Positions 11,541 to 21,117 are shown, counted from the stretch's first letter. The stretch is DNA of 64,000 nt from Escherichia coli O127:H6 str. E2348/69 (GCF_000026545.1 NC_011601.1); one strand, 5' to 3'. The notes: generated from the sequence alone by a model not told the origin. Translations and numbers: made by a program.

Positions 11541-12422
11541 TTAACGCGGTACATTCGCGGGATCGCAATAGTCCAGAAAGCGCCGTAGCGCGTTGGAAAG
11601 GTGTTTTTGCCGATGATGTATACGCCACAACGTACGCATCAGGCGCGGCAGAGGGACTGCAACTTCACTTAATGTGCCTGCCTGCAATTGATCTTCAATC
11701 ACCCGTCGCGACAGGCAACTAATTCCCAACCCATGACGCACCGCATGTTTGATTGCCTCGGAGTTACCTAATTCCATCGCCATCTCAAACTTCGGTAAAT
11801 GTGACAGCAACAGATAATCGACAATCTCCCGCGTGCCGGAACCGCGTTCACGCAGGATCCACGGCGCAGCGGCCAGCTGTTCTAAGGTGACCGGACCACG
11901 AGCCAACGGCGAAGTCGGCGCGGCGAAAACCACCAGCTCGTCTTCCAGCCACGGTTCAGAAATGATTTCAGTGCTGTGGCACGGTCCTTCAATAAAGCCA
12001 ATATCAACGCGGAAATCCAGCACCGCTTGCATCACGTCCTGGCTATTCCCAACGCTAAGTTCAATCGGCAACTGCGGATAATCATGGCGATAACGGGCGA
12101 TAACTGCAGGCAGAATGTAGTTACCGATGGTACTACTGGCATAGATACGAATCGCGCCGTTGTCTTCGCGAAACAGTTGTTCGATTTCAACCGCCTGTTC
12201 AAGCAGTGCCAACGCTCGCGGATAGAGCAGCCGCCCGTGTTCATTAACAACCAGTCTTTTCCCCACGCGATCAAACAGTTGAACGCCAAGCTGCCCTTCC
12301 AGGTCGGTCAAGGCTGCGCTCACTGCTGATTGCGACAACGCCAGCATCACCGACGCCTGGGTGGTTGATCCACTTTTCAATACTTCTGCAAAAACTTCCA
12401 ACTGCCGGAGGGTGATGTGCAT
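11541..12422 (-). CDS. yeiE: LysR-family transcriptional regulator YeiE
   Basis: 293 aa with N-terminal [45 protein letters not shown]. Divergent from yeiH. Confidence 0.93.
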
Positions 12423-12435
12423 AGTCGCTTACCAC

Positions 12436-12454
12436 TTATAAAGATTAATTATAA
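12436..12454. promoter_or_regulatory. Candidate LysR-type (T-N11-A) box in the yeiE-yeiH divergent region (TTATAAagattaaTTATAA)
   Basis: Two palindromic TTATAA hexamers 7 bp apart in the 98-bp divergent spacer. The position is typical for autoregulatory LTTR sites. No direct evidence. Confidence 0.3.
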
Positions 12455-12520
12455 ATATATAATCAATTTTATTTTTAAACCAGTTAGTCGTAACCTTATG
12501 CCCGGTTAAAGGAGAGGGTT

Positions 12521-13570
12521 ATGACGAATATCACCTTACAGAAACAACATCGTACACTGTGGCATTTTATTCCGGGGTTAGCCCTGAGTGCAGTTATCAC
12601 CGGGGTCGCCCTGTGGGGTGGTTCCATTCCCGCGGTTGCGGGTGCCGGGTTTAGTGCCCTCACCCTCGCAATCTTGTTGGGGATGGTTTTAGGCAACACC
12701 ATTTACCCGCACATCTGGAAAAGCTGTGACGGTGGTGTGCTGTTTGCCAAGCAATATTTATTACGTCTGGGTATCATTCTTTATGGCTTCCGTCTGACGT
12801 TCTCGCAAATTGCCGATGTCGGTATCAGTGGGATCATCATTGACGTGTTGACGCTGTCCAGTACCTTCCTGCTGGCTTGCTTCCTGGGGCAGAAAGTGTT
12901 TGGTCTGGATAAGCACACCAGCTGGTTGATCGGTGCCGGTAGCAGTATCTGTGGTGCTGCCGCGGTACTGGCGACTGAGCCGGTAGTGAAAGCAGAAGCC
13001 AGTAAAGTAACCGTGGCTGTTGCAACCGTTGTTATCTTCGGGACCGTCGCGATTTTCCTCTACCCGGCGATATATCCGCTGATGTCTCAATGGTTTAGTC
13101 CGGAAACTTTCGGTATCTACATTGGTTCTACTGTGCACGAAGTGGCGCAGGTGGTGGCGGCAGGTCATGCCATCAGCCCGGATGCAGAAAACGCAGCAGT
13201 TATTTCCAAAATGCTGCGCGTGATGATGCTGGCTCCGTTCCTCATCCTGCTGGCGGCGCGTGTTAAACAGCTGTCTGGGGCGAACAGCGGCGAGAAAAGC
13301 AAAATCACTATTCCGTGGTTTGCCATCTTGTTCATCGTCGTTGCCATCTTTAACTCGTTCCACCTGTTACCGCAGAGCGTGGTGAACATGCTGGTAACGC
13401 TGGATACCTTCCTGCTGGCAATGGCGATGGCGGCGCTGGGTCTGACCACTCACGTCAGCGCGCTGAAAAAAGCCGGGGCGAAACCTCTGCTGATGGCACT
13501 GGTACTGTTTGCCTGGCTGATTGTTGGTGGTGGTGCGATTAACTATGTGATTCAAAGCGTCATCGCATAA
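12521..13570 (+). CDS. yeiH: YeiH, UPF0324-family inner-membrane protein
   Basis: 349-aa polytopic ORF with SD GGAGAGGG 5 nt upstream. Recognised as YeiH. Confidence 0.92.
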   Translation: MTNITLQKQHRTLWHFIPGLALSAVITGVALWGGSIPAVAGAGFSALTLAILLGMVLGNTIYPHIWKSCDGGVLFAKQYLLRLGIILYGFRLTFSQIADVGISGIIIDVLTLSSTFLLACFLGQKVFGLDKHTSWLIGAGSSICGAAAVLATEPVVKAEASKVTVAVATVVIFGTVAIFLYPAIYPLMSQWFSPETFGIYIGSTVHEVAQVVAAGHAISPDAENAAVISKMLRVMMLAPFLILLAARVKQLSGANSGEKSKITIPWFAILFIVVAIFNSFHLLPQSVVNMLVTLDTFLLAMAMAALGLTTHVSALKKAGAKPLLMALVLFAWLIVGGGAINYVIQSVIA

Positions 13571-13584
13571 ACCACTACATCTTG

Positions 13585-13636
13585 CTCCTGTTAACCCGCT
13601 ATCATTACCGTTTTCCTCCAGCGGGTTTAACAGGAG
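13585..13636 (+). other. Long imperfect inverted repeat between yeiH and nfo (16/17-nt arms, 19-nt loop) whose 3' arm contains the nfo Shine-Dalgarno
   Basis: Left arm ctcctgttaacccgct (13585-13600). Right arm agcgggtttaacaggag (13620-13636). Complementary apart from a 1-nt bulge. AGGAG at 13632-13636 lies 7 nt before the nfo ATG. Confidence 0.7.
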
Positions 13637-13643
13637 TCCTCGC

Positions 13644-14501
13644 ATGAAATACATTGGAGCGCACGTTAGTGCTGCTGGCGGTCTGGCAAATGCCGCAATT
13701 CGCGCCGCCGAAATCGACGCAACCGCGTTTGCCTTGTTCACCAAAAACCAACGTCAGTGGCGTGCCGCACCGCTCACGACGCAAACCATCGATGAATTCA
13801 AAGCCGCCTGTGAAAAATATCACTACACATCGGCGCAAATTCTTCCCCACGACAGTTATCTGATTAACCTCGGACATCCGGTTGCTGAAGCTCTGGAAAA
13901 ATCGCGCGATGCCTTTATAGATGAAATGCAGCGTTGCGAACAGCTGGGGCTTTCTTTGCTCAACTTCCACCCTGGCAGCCATCTGATGCAGATTTCAGAA
14001 GAGGATTGCCTTGCGCGTATTGCCGAATCCATCAACATTGCGCTGGATAAAACTCAAGGTGTCACCGCGGTGATTGAAAACACCGCCGGTCAGGGCAGTA
14101 ACTTAGGGTTTAAATTCGAACATCTCGCGGCGATTATCGACGGCGTGGAAGATAAATCCCGCGTCGGCGTCTGCATTGATACCTGCCATGCTTTCGCTGC
14201 CGGGTATGATTTGCGTACTCCTGCCGAATGCGAGAAAACGTTCGCTGATTTTGCCCGTATTGTAGGCTTTAAGTATCTGCGCGGGATGCACCTCAACGAT
14301 GCGAAAAGCACCTTTGGCAGCCGCGTTGACCGTCATCATAGCCTCGGCGAAGGCAATATCGGTCATGATGCGTTCCGCTGGATCATGCAAGACGACCGTT
14401 TCGACGGCATTCCGCTGATCCTTGAAACCATCAACCCGGATATCTGGGCAGAAGAGATCGCCTGGCTGAAAGCGCAACAAACTGAAAAAGCGGTGGCCTG
14501 A
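13644..14501 (+). CDS. nfo: Endonuclease IV (AP endonuclease)
   Basis: 285-aa [42 protein letters not shown]... Recognised as Nfo. Confidence 0.97.
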   Translation: MKYIGAHVSAAGGLANAAIRAAEIDATAFALFTKNQRQWRAAPLTTQTIDEFKAACEKYHYTSAQILPHDSYLINLGHPVAEALEKSRDAFIDEMQRCEQLGLSLLNFHPGSHLMQISEEDCLARIAESINIALDKTQGVTAVIENTAGQGSNLGFKFEHLAAIIDGVEDKSRVGVCIDTCHAFAAGYDLRTPAECEKTFADFARIVGFKYLRGMHLNDAKSTFGSRVDRHHSLGEGNIGHDAFRWIMQDDRFDGIPLILETINPDIWAEEIAWLKAQQTEKAVA

Positions 14502-14504
14502 TCG

Positions 14505-15593
14505 ATGAACGACAGGGAAAAGCAGATTCTTAAAATTTTACGGCGTAACCCGCTGATTCAACAGAATGAAATCGCCGATATTCTGCAAATCAGCCGCTCA
14601 CGTGTTGCCGCTCATATTATGGATTTGATGCGCAAGGGTTTGATTAAAGGCAAAGGATATATCCTTACCGAGCAGGATTACTGTGTGGTTGTGGGTGCAA
14701 TCAATATGGATATTCGCGGAATGGCGGATATCCGTTACCCGCAAGCAGCCTCTCATCCAGGTTCTGTTCACTGTTCCGCAGGCGGCGTCGGACGTAATAT
14801 CGCGCATAACCTGGCTCTGCTTGGTCGGGATGTGCATTTAATTTCAGCTATTGGCAACGATTTTTACGGCGAGACATTACTGGAAGAAACGCGCCGCTCG
14901 GGCGTGAACGTTTCAAACTGCATTCGTCTGCATGGACACAGCACTGCAACTTATCTCGCTATCGCTAATAAGCAGGAAGAAACTATCCTGGCAATCAATG
15001 ACACACATATTCTGCAACAGCTAACGCCTCAACTGCTCAATACTTCACGGGACTTGATTCGCCATGCTGGTGTGGTGCTGGCTGATTGTAATCTCACACC
15101 TGAAGCCCTGGAGTGGGTCTTTACCATTGCTGATGAAATTCCGATGTTTGTCGATACCGTTTCCGAATTTAAAGCGAACAAAGTAAAAAACTGGTACAGC
15201 CGGATCCACACTCTGAAACCGACACAAAATGAACTGGAAATTTTGTGGGGGCAACCGATTAAAGACGACAACGATCGTATCAGAGCTGTAAATTCGCTGC
15301 ATCAACAAGGTGTTAAACGCATTTTTGTTTATCTGAAAGATGAATCTGTATTTTGCAGCGATAAGGATGGAGAACAATTTTTGCTGACCGCGCCAGCGCA
15401 TACGACAGTAGACAGTTTTGGTGCTGACGATGGTTTTATGGCGGGCCTGGTATATAGCTTTCTTGAAGGATACAGTTTCCGCGACAGCGCCCGTTTTGCG
15501 ATGGCCTGCGCGGCAATTTCACGCGCCAGCGGCAGCTTAAACAACCCTACCCTGTCTGCCGATAACGCGCTTTCATTAGTGCCAATGGTGTAA
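14505..15593 (+). CDS. yeiI: YeiI, winged-HTH domain fused to a PfkB-family carbohydrate/nucleoside kinase (paralogue of PsuK)
   Basis: 362 aa. Residues 1-55 (MNDREKQILKILRRNPLIQQNEIADILQISRSRVAAHIMDLMRKGLIKGKGYIL) look like a MarR/Lrp-type wHTH. The remainder aligns with PsuK (GGVGRNIAHNLALLG, ADCNL, HTLKP, GADDGFMAG). The ATG is 3 nt after the nfo stop. Confidence 0.92.
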   Translation: MNDREKQILKILRRNPLIQQNEIADILQISRSRVAAHIMDLMRKGLIKGKGYILTEQDYCVVVGAINMDIRGMADIRYPQAASHPGSVHCSAGGVGRNIAHNLALLGRDVHLISAIGNDFYGETLLEETRRSGVNVSNCIRLHGHSTATYLAIANKQEETILAINDTHILQQLTPQLLNTSRDLIRHAGVVLADCNLTPEALEWVFTIADEIPMFVDTVSEFKANKVKNWYSRIHTLKPTQNELEILWGQPIKDDNDRIRAVNSLHQQGVKRIFVYLKDESVFCSDKDGEQFLLTAPAHTTVDSFGADDGFMAGLVYSFLEGYSFRDSARFAMACAAISRASGSLNNPTLSADNALSLVPMV

Positions 15594-15600
15594 CAATGTT

Positions 15601-15634
15601 GCCGGATTCGACGCTTGACCGCATCTTATCCGGC
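15601..15634. repeat. Degenerate REP-like palindrome between convergent yeiI and nupX
   Basis: gccggattcgacgcttgaccgcatcttatccggc has GCCGGAT...ATCCGGC ends and resembles the REP consensus GCCGGATAAGGCGTTTACGCCGCATCCGGC. Confidence 0.6.
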
Positions 15635-15648
15635 TCATAAATTGCGCA

Positions 15649-16899
15649 CTACGCTAAACCAATAAAGAATCCTGCAATAGTAGCACTCATCAGGTTAGAA
15701 AGTGTCGCCGCCGCCAGCGCGCGTAAACCAAGTTGGGCGATTTCCGGCGCACGGTGTGGCGCAACCGCAGAAAACGCCCCCACCACCACCCCGATAGAAC
15801 CAAAGTTAGCGAAACCGCACAACGCGAAAGAAATAATCGCCACGGTTTTAGCATCCAGAGTGCCACCCGTTTGCAGATATGGCGAGAAATTGAGATAAGC
15901 GACAAATTCATTGATCGCCAGCTTCTGCCCAATCAAACTCCCGGCAAGATTTGCATCACTCCAGTCAACCCCCATCACCCACGCCAATGGGGCCAACAGG
16001 TAACCTAAAATCGACTCCAGCGAAGCATGTTCAAAACCAAACCAGCCGCCAACACCGCCGATAATACCGTTAATCAACGCAATTATTGCAACAAATGCCA
16101 TCACCACTGTCGCCACACCTGCGGCGATTTTCAGCCCGGTCATTGCCCCTGTTGCAGCGGCTTCAATAATGCTCTTTGGCGGTGTTTCGGTGAAAGAGAG
16201 GTTATTAAAGGAAACCTGCGAAGATTCCGTAGCCGGGCTTAACAGGCGGGCAAACAAGATCCCACCGGGAATCGCCATTAACGATGCCGCCAGCAGATAT
16301 TCCACAGGCACGCCCAGTGCGGCGTAACCAATCATTGTCGAACCAGCAATCGAGGCCATACCGCTGCAAATCGCTGTAAATAATTCATTGCGATTCAGCC
16401 GATCGATAAAGGGTTTGACGATTGCCGGAATTTCGTTTTGCCCGAGGAAAATGGTAGTGACCGCGACGAATGACTCGATCTTGCTGATATTTAATGCTTT
16501 CTGGAAGATACCGCCGAGAATTCGAATTAAGATCCCCATCACACCGATGTAGTAGAGAATACTCACCAGCGCGGTGACGAAGATAATTGCCGGTAACACC
16601 CTGAAACCAAAGATAAATCCTGCGCCATCAAATAAGGTATCCATTTTCGGTCCGACCAGAGAACCGAAAATAAATGCGCTACCCGCGTCGCTGTACGCCA
16701 TCACTTTATGGACGCCAAAAGCGACTTTTTCTGCGACCCAACGCCCTGGCGGTAACCAAAGCATTATGCCGCCAATCACGACCTGTAACACTAACGCCGC
16801 GCCAACGGTACGCAGGCTGATCTTCTTTTTGTTTACTGACAGCAAAAACGCAATAGCCAGTAATACCACCATTCCCAGAACACTTCTCATGACATCCAT
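15649..16899 (-). CDS. nupX: NupX, NupC-family (CNT) nucleoside transporter
   Basis: 416-aa polytopic ORF. Aligns without gaps to PsuT (18835-20085). Recognised as NupX/YeiJ. Confidence 0.94.
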   Translation of the reverse strand: MDVMRSVLGMVVLLAIAFLLSVNKKKISLRTVGAALVLQVVIGGIMLWLPPGRWVAEKVAFGVHKVMAYSDAGSAFIFGSLVGPKMDTLFDGAGFIFGFRVLPAIIFVTALVSILYYIGVMGILIRILGGIFQKALNISKIESFVAVTTIFLGQNEIPAIVKPFIDRLNRNELFTAICSGMASIAGSTMIGYAALGVPVEYLLAASLMAIPGGILFARLLSPATESSQVSFNNLSFTETPPKSIIEAAATGAMTGLKIAAGVATVVMAFVAIIALINGIIGGVGGWFGFEHASLESILGYLLAPLAWVMGVDWSDANLAGSLIGQKLAINEFVAYLNFSPYLQTGGTLDAKTVAIISFALCGFANFGSIGVVVGAFSAVAPHRAPEIAQLGLRALAAATLSNLMSATIAGFFIGLA

Positions 16900-16998
16900 A
16901 GTTATTATCTCTTCATGTCATTTTGGGCGACGGCTCTCTGCCCATCATAAATAGCCGGGCCTGCATCTTGCGATACTGACCCGGCTTGTTATCAACAC

Positions 16999-17940
16999 TT
17001 AATGGGTTTTTATGTAGCCGCGTACGCACTCTTCGACTAATCCCCAGAACCAGTCGGTATCAATAGTGATGCCGACTTTGGTATTGGCGGGCTTGCCAAG
17101 AACACCCAGCTCGTCGCAGACGGTACGCCCATAGCAAGGGCCACTGTTAACGTCCACTTCGACGTACATTTCCTGGGTTTTAATGCCATCAGGGTTAATC
17201 AAATAACCGATGCAGGTGGCGTCGTGCACCGGGCCGCCAGCCAGGCCGTAGTTTTCGAACTGCGTTTTGAGAGTGAAGTTCATGATGTCGCTGAACAGCT
17301 CTCCGGCAGGGCCGCCAGCCCTTTCCATCCGAGCAATCACATCCGGGGTGCAAACGGTCTGGTTGGTAAGATCGAGGCCCATCATCACTAATGGAACGCC
17401 GGAGGTGAACACCACACGTGCGGCCTCCGGGTCAGCAAAGATGTTGAACTCAGCAGATGGGGTGAAGTTGCCAGTACCATAAGCACCGCCCATCAGAACA
17501 ATTTCACGGATTTTCGGCAGGATCGCGGGTTGCATACGCATTGCCACCGCGATGTTTGACAACGGACCAACCGGCACCAGAGTGATATCGCCATCGCTTG
17601 CCATAAGGGTATCGATGATATATTTCACCGCATGAGTGTTTTCTGCCTGGCGGGTCAGCGGCTCGAATACCGGGCCATCCAGTCCGGTTTCACCGTGAAT
17701 ATTATCGGCAACAATTTGTTGACGCATAATGGGCTGCGGCATCCCCGCATAAACCGGAACATTAATCTCCAGTTTCTGGCAAACATTCAGGCCATTAATT
17801 AATGTTTTATCGAGGGTTTGATTACCCGCTACAATGGTGATACCTAATAAATCAATCGCCGGATGTTTCGCCGCCATCATTATAGCAATAGCATCATCAT
17901 GACCCGGATCACAATCCAGAATAATTTTTCTCTTTTCCAT
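16999..17940 (-). CDS. rihB: RihB, pyrimidine-specific ribonucleoside hydrolase (IU-NH family)
   Basis: 313 aa with the N-terminal aspartate cluster [12 protein letters not shown]. Recognised as RihB/YeiK. It lies upstream of nupX on the same strand with a 99-nt spacer. Confidence 0.95.
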
Positions 17941-18008
17941 TGTTTATTTCCTCTGTTTCCAGTTGCGTTATTGTTTCTACAGCAAAGAAAATTCGATCGG
18001 GCCGATGA

Positions 18009-18022
18009 TTGAATCTTAACAA
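18009..18022 (+). promoter_or_regulatory. FNR/CRP-family-like site upstream of yeiL (TTGAAtcttAACAA)
   Basis: 8 of 10 matches to TTGAT-N4-ATCAA. It is centred about 30 bp upstream of a TATGAG -10-like hexamer (18041-18046). As I recall, yeiL is reported to be FNR-dependent. Confidence 0.45.
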
Positions 18023-18108
18023 CAGCGTACGTATGCTAAATATGAGAAATCTCATAGCGGATAAACATCGTGAAAGAAATCCACAATAATGATCTTAAGC
18101 AGCAATTG

Positions 18109-18768
18109 ATGAGTGAATCTGCGTTTAAGGATTGCTTTTCAACGGATGTTTCAGCCGATACGCGGCTGTTTCATTTTTTAGCGCGTGACTACATTGTGCA
18201 GGAAGGGCAACAGCCGTCCTGGCTGTTTTACCTGACGCGAGGCCGCGCCAGGCTTTACGTCACGCTTGCTAATGGTCGCGTGTCGCTGATCGATTTCTTT
18301 GCCGCGCCCTGTTTTATTGGCGAGATTGAGTTAATCGACAAAGACCATGAACCGCGTGCAGTGCAGGCTATTGAAGAGTGTTGGTGCCTTGCGCTCCCTA
18401 TGAAGCATTACCGCCCGTTGTTATTAAACGACACGCTATTTTTACGAAAACTCTGCGTCACCTTAAGTCATAAAAATTATCGTAATATTGTTTCTTTAAC
18501 TCAGAATCAATCATTTCCGTTAGTGAATCGCCTGGCAGCTTTTATATTACTCTCGCAGGAAGGTGATCTTTATCACGAAAAGCATACGCAAGCGGCAGAG
18601 TATTTAGGCGTCTCTTATCGTCATCTTTTATATGTTCTCGCGCAATTCATTAATGACGGTTTATTAATTAAAAGCAAGAAAGGGTATCTCATTAAAAACA
18701 GAAAGCAGTTGTCAGGACTGGCGCTGGAGATGGACCCGGAGAATAAATTCTCCGGGATGATGCAGTAA
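18109..18768 (+). CDS. yeiL: YeiL, CRP/FNR-family transcriptional regulator
   Basis: cNMP-binding-like beta-roll plus a C-terminal HTH (…[19 protein letters not shown]…). Start placed at ATG 18109 (219 aa). The track ORF starts at GTG 18070. Confidence 0.88.
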   Translation: MSESAFKDCFSTDVSADTRLFHFLARDYIVQEGQQPSWLFYLTRGRARLYVTLANGRVSLIDFFAAPCFIGEIELIDKDHEPRAVQAIEECWCLALPMKHYRPLLLNDTLFLRKLCVTLSHKNYRNIVSLTQNQSFPLVNRLAAFILLSQEGDLYHEKHTQAAEYLGVSYRHLLYVLAQFINDGLLIKSKKGYLIKNRKQLSGLALEMDPENKFSGMMQ

Positions 18769-18788
18769 AAATTATTGGCAATAGTGCG

Positions 18789-18829
18789 ATTGCCGGATGC
18801 AACGCTTAATAAGGTGTACATCCGGCAAT
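18789..18829. repeat. REP-like palindrome between convergent yeiL and psuT
   Basis: attgccggatg...catccggcaat, with 11-bp perfect arms and a REP-like interior (gcaacgcttaataaggtgta). Confidence 0.6.
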
Positions 18830-18834
18830 GAAAC

Positions 18835-20085
18835 TCAAGCTAAACCAATAAAGAACCCGGCAATGGTCGCGCTCATCAGGTTAGAAAGTGTCGCCGCCGC
18901 CAGCGCCCGTAAACCAAGCTGGGCGATTTCCGGCGCACGTTTTGGCGAAATAGCCGAAAACGCCCCAACGACAACACCGATAGAACCAAAGTTAGCAAAA
19001 CCACACAGCGCAAAGGAGATGATCGCCACGGTTTTCACTTCCAGCGTGCCGCCCGTTTGCAGATATGGCGAAAAACTCAGGTAAGCGACAAATTCGTTAA
19101 TCGCCAGTTTCTGCCCAATCAAACTTCCGGCAAGATTTGCATCACTCCAGTCCACCCCCATAATCCATGCCAACGGGGCCAGCACATAGCCGAAAATGCT
19201 TTCCAGAGAGACATTGGCAAAACCAAACCAGCCGCCAACTCCACCAATAATGCCGTTGATCAGCGCAATGATCGCCACAAATGCCATTACCACCGTCGCC
19301 ACACCGGCGGCGATTTTCAGCCCGGTCATTGCACCGTTCGCCGCAGCTTCAATAATGCTTTTTGGCGGTGTTTCGCTAAACGACAGATTTTCAAATGTCA
19401 CCTGCGAAGGCTCGGTGGCTGGGCTAAGAATACGTGCAAACAAAATACCACCAGGGATCGCCATCAGCGATGCCGCTAACAGGTAGTCAATTGGTACGCC
19501 CATTCCGGCATAACCAATCATCATCGAACCGGCAATGGACGCCATCCCGCTACAAATTGCCGTAAATAGCTCGTTGCGATTCATGCGATCGATAAACGGT
19601 TTAACGATCGCCGGGATCTCATTTTGCCCGAGGAAAATAGTGGTAACCGCAACAAAAGATTCGATTTTGCTGATGTTGAGGGCTTTCTGAAAAATACTAC
19701 CAAGAATGCGGATTAGCAGCCCCATCACGCCAATGTAGTACAGCAGGCTGATGAGCGCGGTAACGAAAATAATCGCCGGGAGTACGCGAAAGGCGAAGAT
19801 AAAGCCCGCACCGTCAAACAGAACATCCATTTTGGGACCGACCAGCGAACCAAAAATAAAGGCACTTCCTGCGTCACTGTAGGACATCACTTTATGGACG
19901 CCTAATGCCGCCTGCTCTACTGCCCATTTTCCCGGGGGAAAATAGAGCATGATGCCACCAATGGCAATTTGCAGCAGCAGCGCAGCCCCAACCGTGCGCA
20001 AGCTGATGCTCTTTTTATTTACCGACAACACAAAGGCAATTGCCAGCAATACCACCATCCCCACAACACTTCTCATTATATCCAT
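18835..20085 (-). CDS. psuT: PsuT, NupC-family transporter (putative pseudouridine transporter)
   Basis: 416 aa. By my manual count about 46 substitutions and no indels versus NupX. Last gene of psuK-psuG-psuT. Confidence 0.94.
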   Translation of the reverse strand: MDIMRSVVGMVVLLAIAFVLSVNKKSISLRTVGAALLLQIAIGGIMLYFPPGKWAVEQAALGVHKVMSYSDAGSAFIFGSLVGPKMDVLFDGAGFIFAFRVLPAIIFVTALISLLYYIGVMGLLIRILGSIFQKALNISKIESFVAVTTIFLGQNEIPAIVKPFIDRMNRNELFTAICSGMASIAGSMMIGYAGMGVPIDYLLAASLMAIPGGILFARILSPATEPSQVTFENLSFSETPPKSIIEAAANGAMTGLKIAAGVATVVMAFVAIIALINGIIGGVGGWFGFANVSLESIFGYVLAPLAWIMGVDWSDANLAGSLIGQKLAINEFVAYLSFSPYLQTGGTLEVKTVAIISFALCGFANFGSIGVVVGAFSAISPKRAPEIAQLGLRALAAATLSNLMSATIAGFFIGLA

Positions 20086-20178
20086 AATGATTTTCCCTTC
20101 ATGCCAGTAAACCCGGCGTCAGCGCCAGGTTTTGGTATGTTTGATGAGTACGGGCGACGGCTTTCTGCCCACCAGAAA

Positions 20179-21117
20179 TTAACCCACGAGACGCTGATAT
20201 TCTTTGGCAATTTCGCTCGCCAGAATGGCGTTATTAAAGACCAGTTGAATATTGGATTTCAGGCTATCACCGCCGGTTAGCTCCGCAACACGCGCCAGCA
20301 GGAACGGTGTACTCTCTTTCCCAATAACACCCTGTTCTTCGGCTTCAGCAACGGCTTGATCAATTGCTGCATTGATGGTTTCTTCTGGCATCGCAAACTG
20401 TTCCGGGATCGGGTTCGCTACCACCAGGCCGCCGTTCAAACCGGTTTGCCACTTCACTGCCATCGCGCGAGCAATTTCGCGGGCACTGTCAAGACGAATG
20501 CTGACTTCAAATGGGCTGGTTCGGCAGAAAAACGCAGGCAGCGCTTTTGTCTGATAACCAATTAACGGTACACCGAAGGTTTCTAAATATTCTGTTGTTA
20601 ATCCTAAATCGAGAATAGATTTTGCCCCCGCACAAACAACAGTGACATTGGTATTTGCCAGTTCCTGTAAATCGGCAGAAATATCGAAGGTATGTTCCGC
20701 TCCGCGATGCACACCACCAATACCTCCGGTTGCAAAAACTTTAATCCCAGCCAGTGCTGCAATAATCATGGTTGATGCAACGGTAGTCGCGCCATTTTTC
20801 CCTGCAGCAACGACAAAAGGTAAATCACGACGACTAACTTTCGTCACGTTATGTCCTTCACGGCCCAGCAATTCGATTTCTTCTTTACTTAAGCCCACTT
20901 TCATCACACCGCCAATAATGGCGATAGTGGCTGGTACTGCGCCCTGTTTACGAATTGTTTCTTCTACTTCAATTGCGGTTTGGGCATTTTGTGGGAATGG
21001 CATTCCGTGAGAAATTATGGTCGATTCCAGCGCAACAACCGGTTTTTTATTTTTTAAAGCATCCTGTACTTCAGCGGATATTTGTAATAATTCAGGGGAC
21101 AGAGTTAATTCAGACAT
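20179..21117 (-). CDS. psuG: PsuG, pseudouridine-5'-phosphate glycosidase
   Basis: 312-aa ORF MSELTLSPELLQISAEVQDALKNKKPVVALESTIISHGMPFPQN... Recognised as PsuG/YeiN. Its start overlaps the psuK stop by 13 nt. Confidence 0.95.
   Translation of the reverse strand: MSELTLSPELLQISAEVQDALKNKKPVVALESTIISHGMPFPQNAQTAIEVEETIRKQGAVPATIAIIGGVMKVGLSKEEIELLGREGHNVTKVSRRDLPFVVAAGKNGATTVASTMIIAALAGIKVFATGGIGGVHRGAEHTFDISADLQELANTNVTVVCAGAKSILDLGLTTEYLETFGVPLIGYQTKALPAFFCRTSPFEVSIRLDSAREIARAMAVKWQTGLNGGLVVANPIPEQFAMPEETINAAIDQAVAEAEEQGVIGKESTPFLLARVAELTGGDSLKSNIQLVFNNAILASEIAKEYQRLVG

Noticed and set aside
11320-11628. 102-aa minus-strand ORF covering the yeiE 3' end and the lysP promoter region.
   Set aside because: It overlaps the yeiE coding sequence in another frame and the lysP control region. 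The translation is Cys/Arg-rich and unconvincing. Two CTTATAA repeats here may instead belong to an ArgP/LysR-type site, but I cannot support that call.
16905-16916. Mini-uORFs in the transporter leaders. The nupX leader has ATG-AAG-AGA-TAA (16916-16905), and the psuT leader has an 8-codon ORF from ATG 20102 overlapping the psuT start. The AUG-AAG is conserved 17 nt upstream of both start codons.
   Set aside because: Neither upstream AUG has its own SD. The conserved AAGAGA/AAGGGA is better explained as the SD of the main ORFs. The conservation follows from the paralogous duplication.
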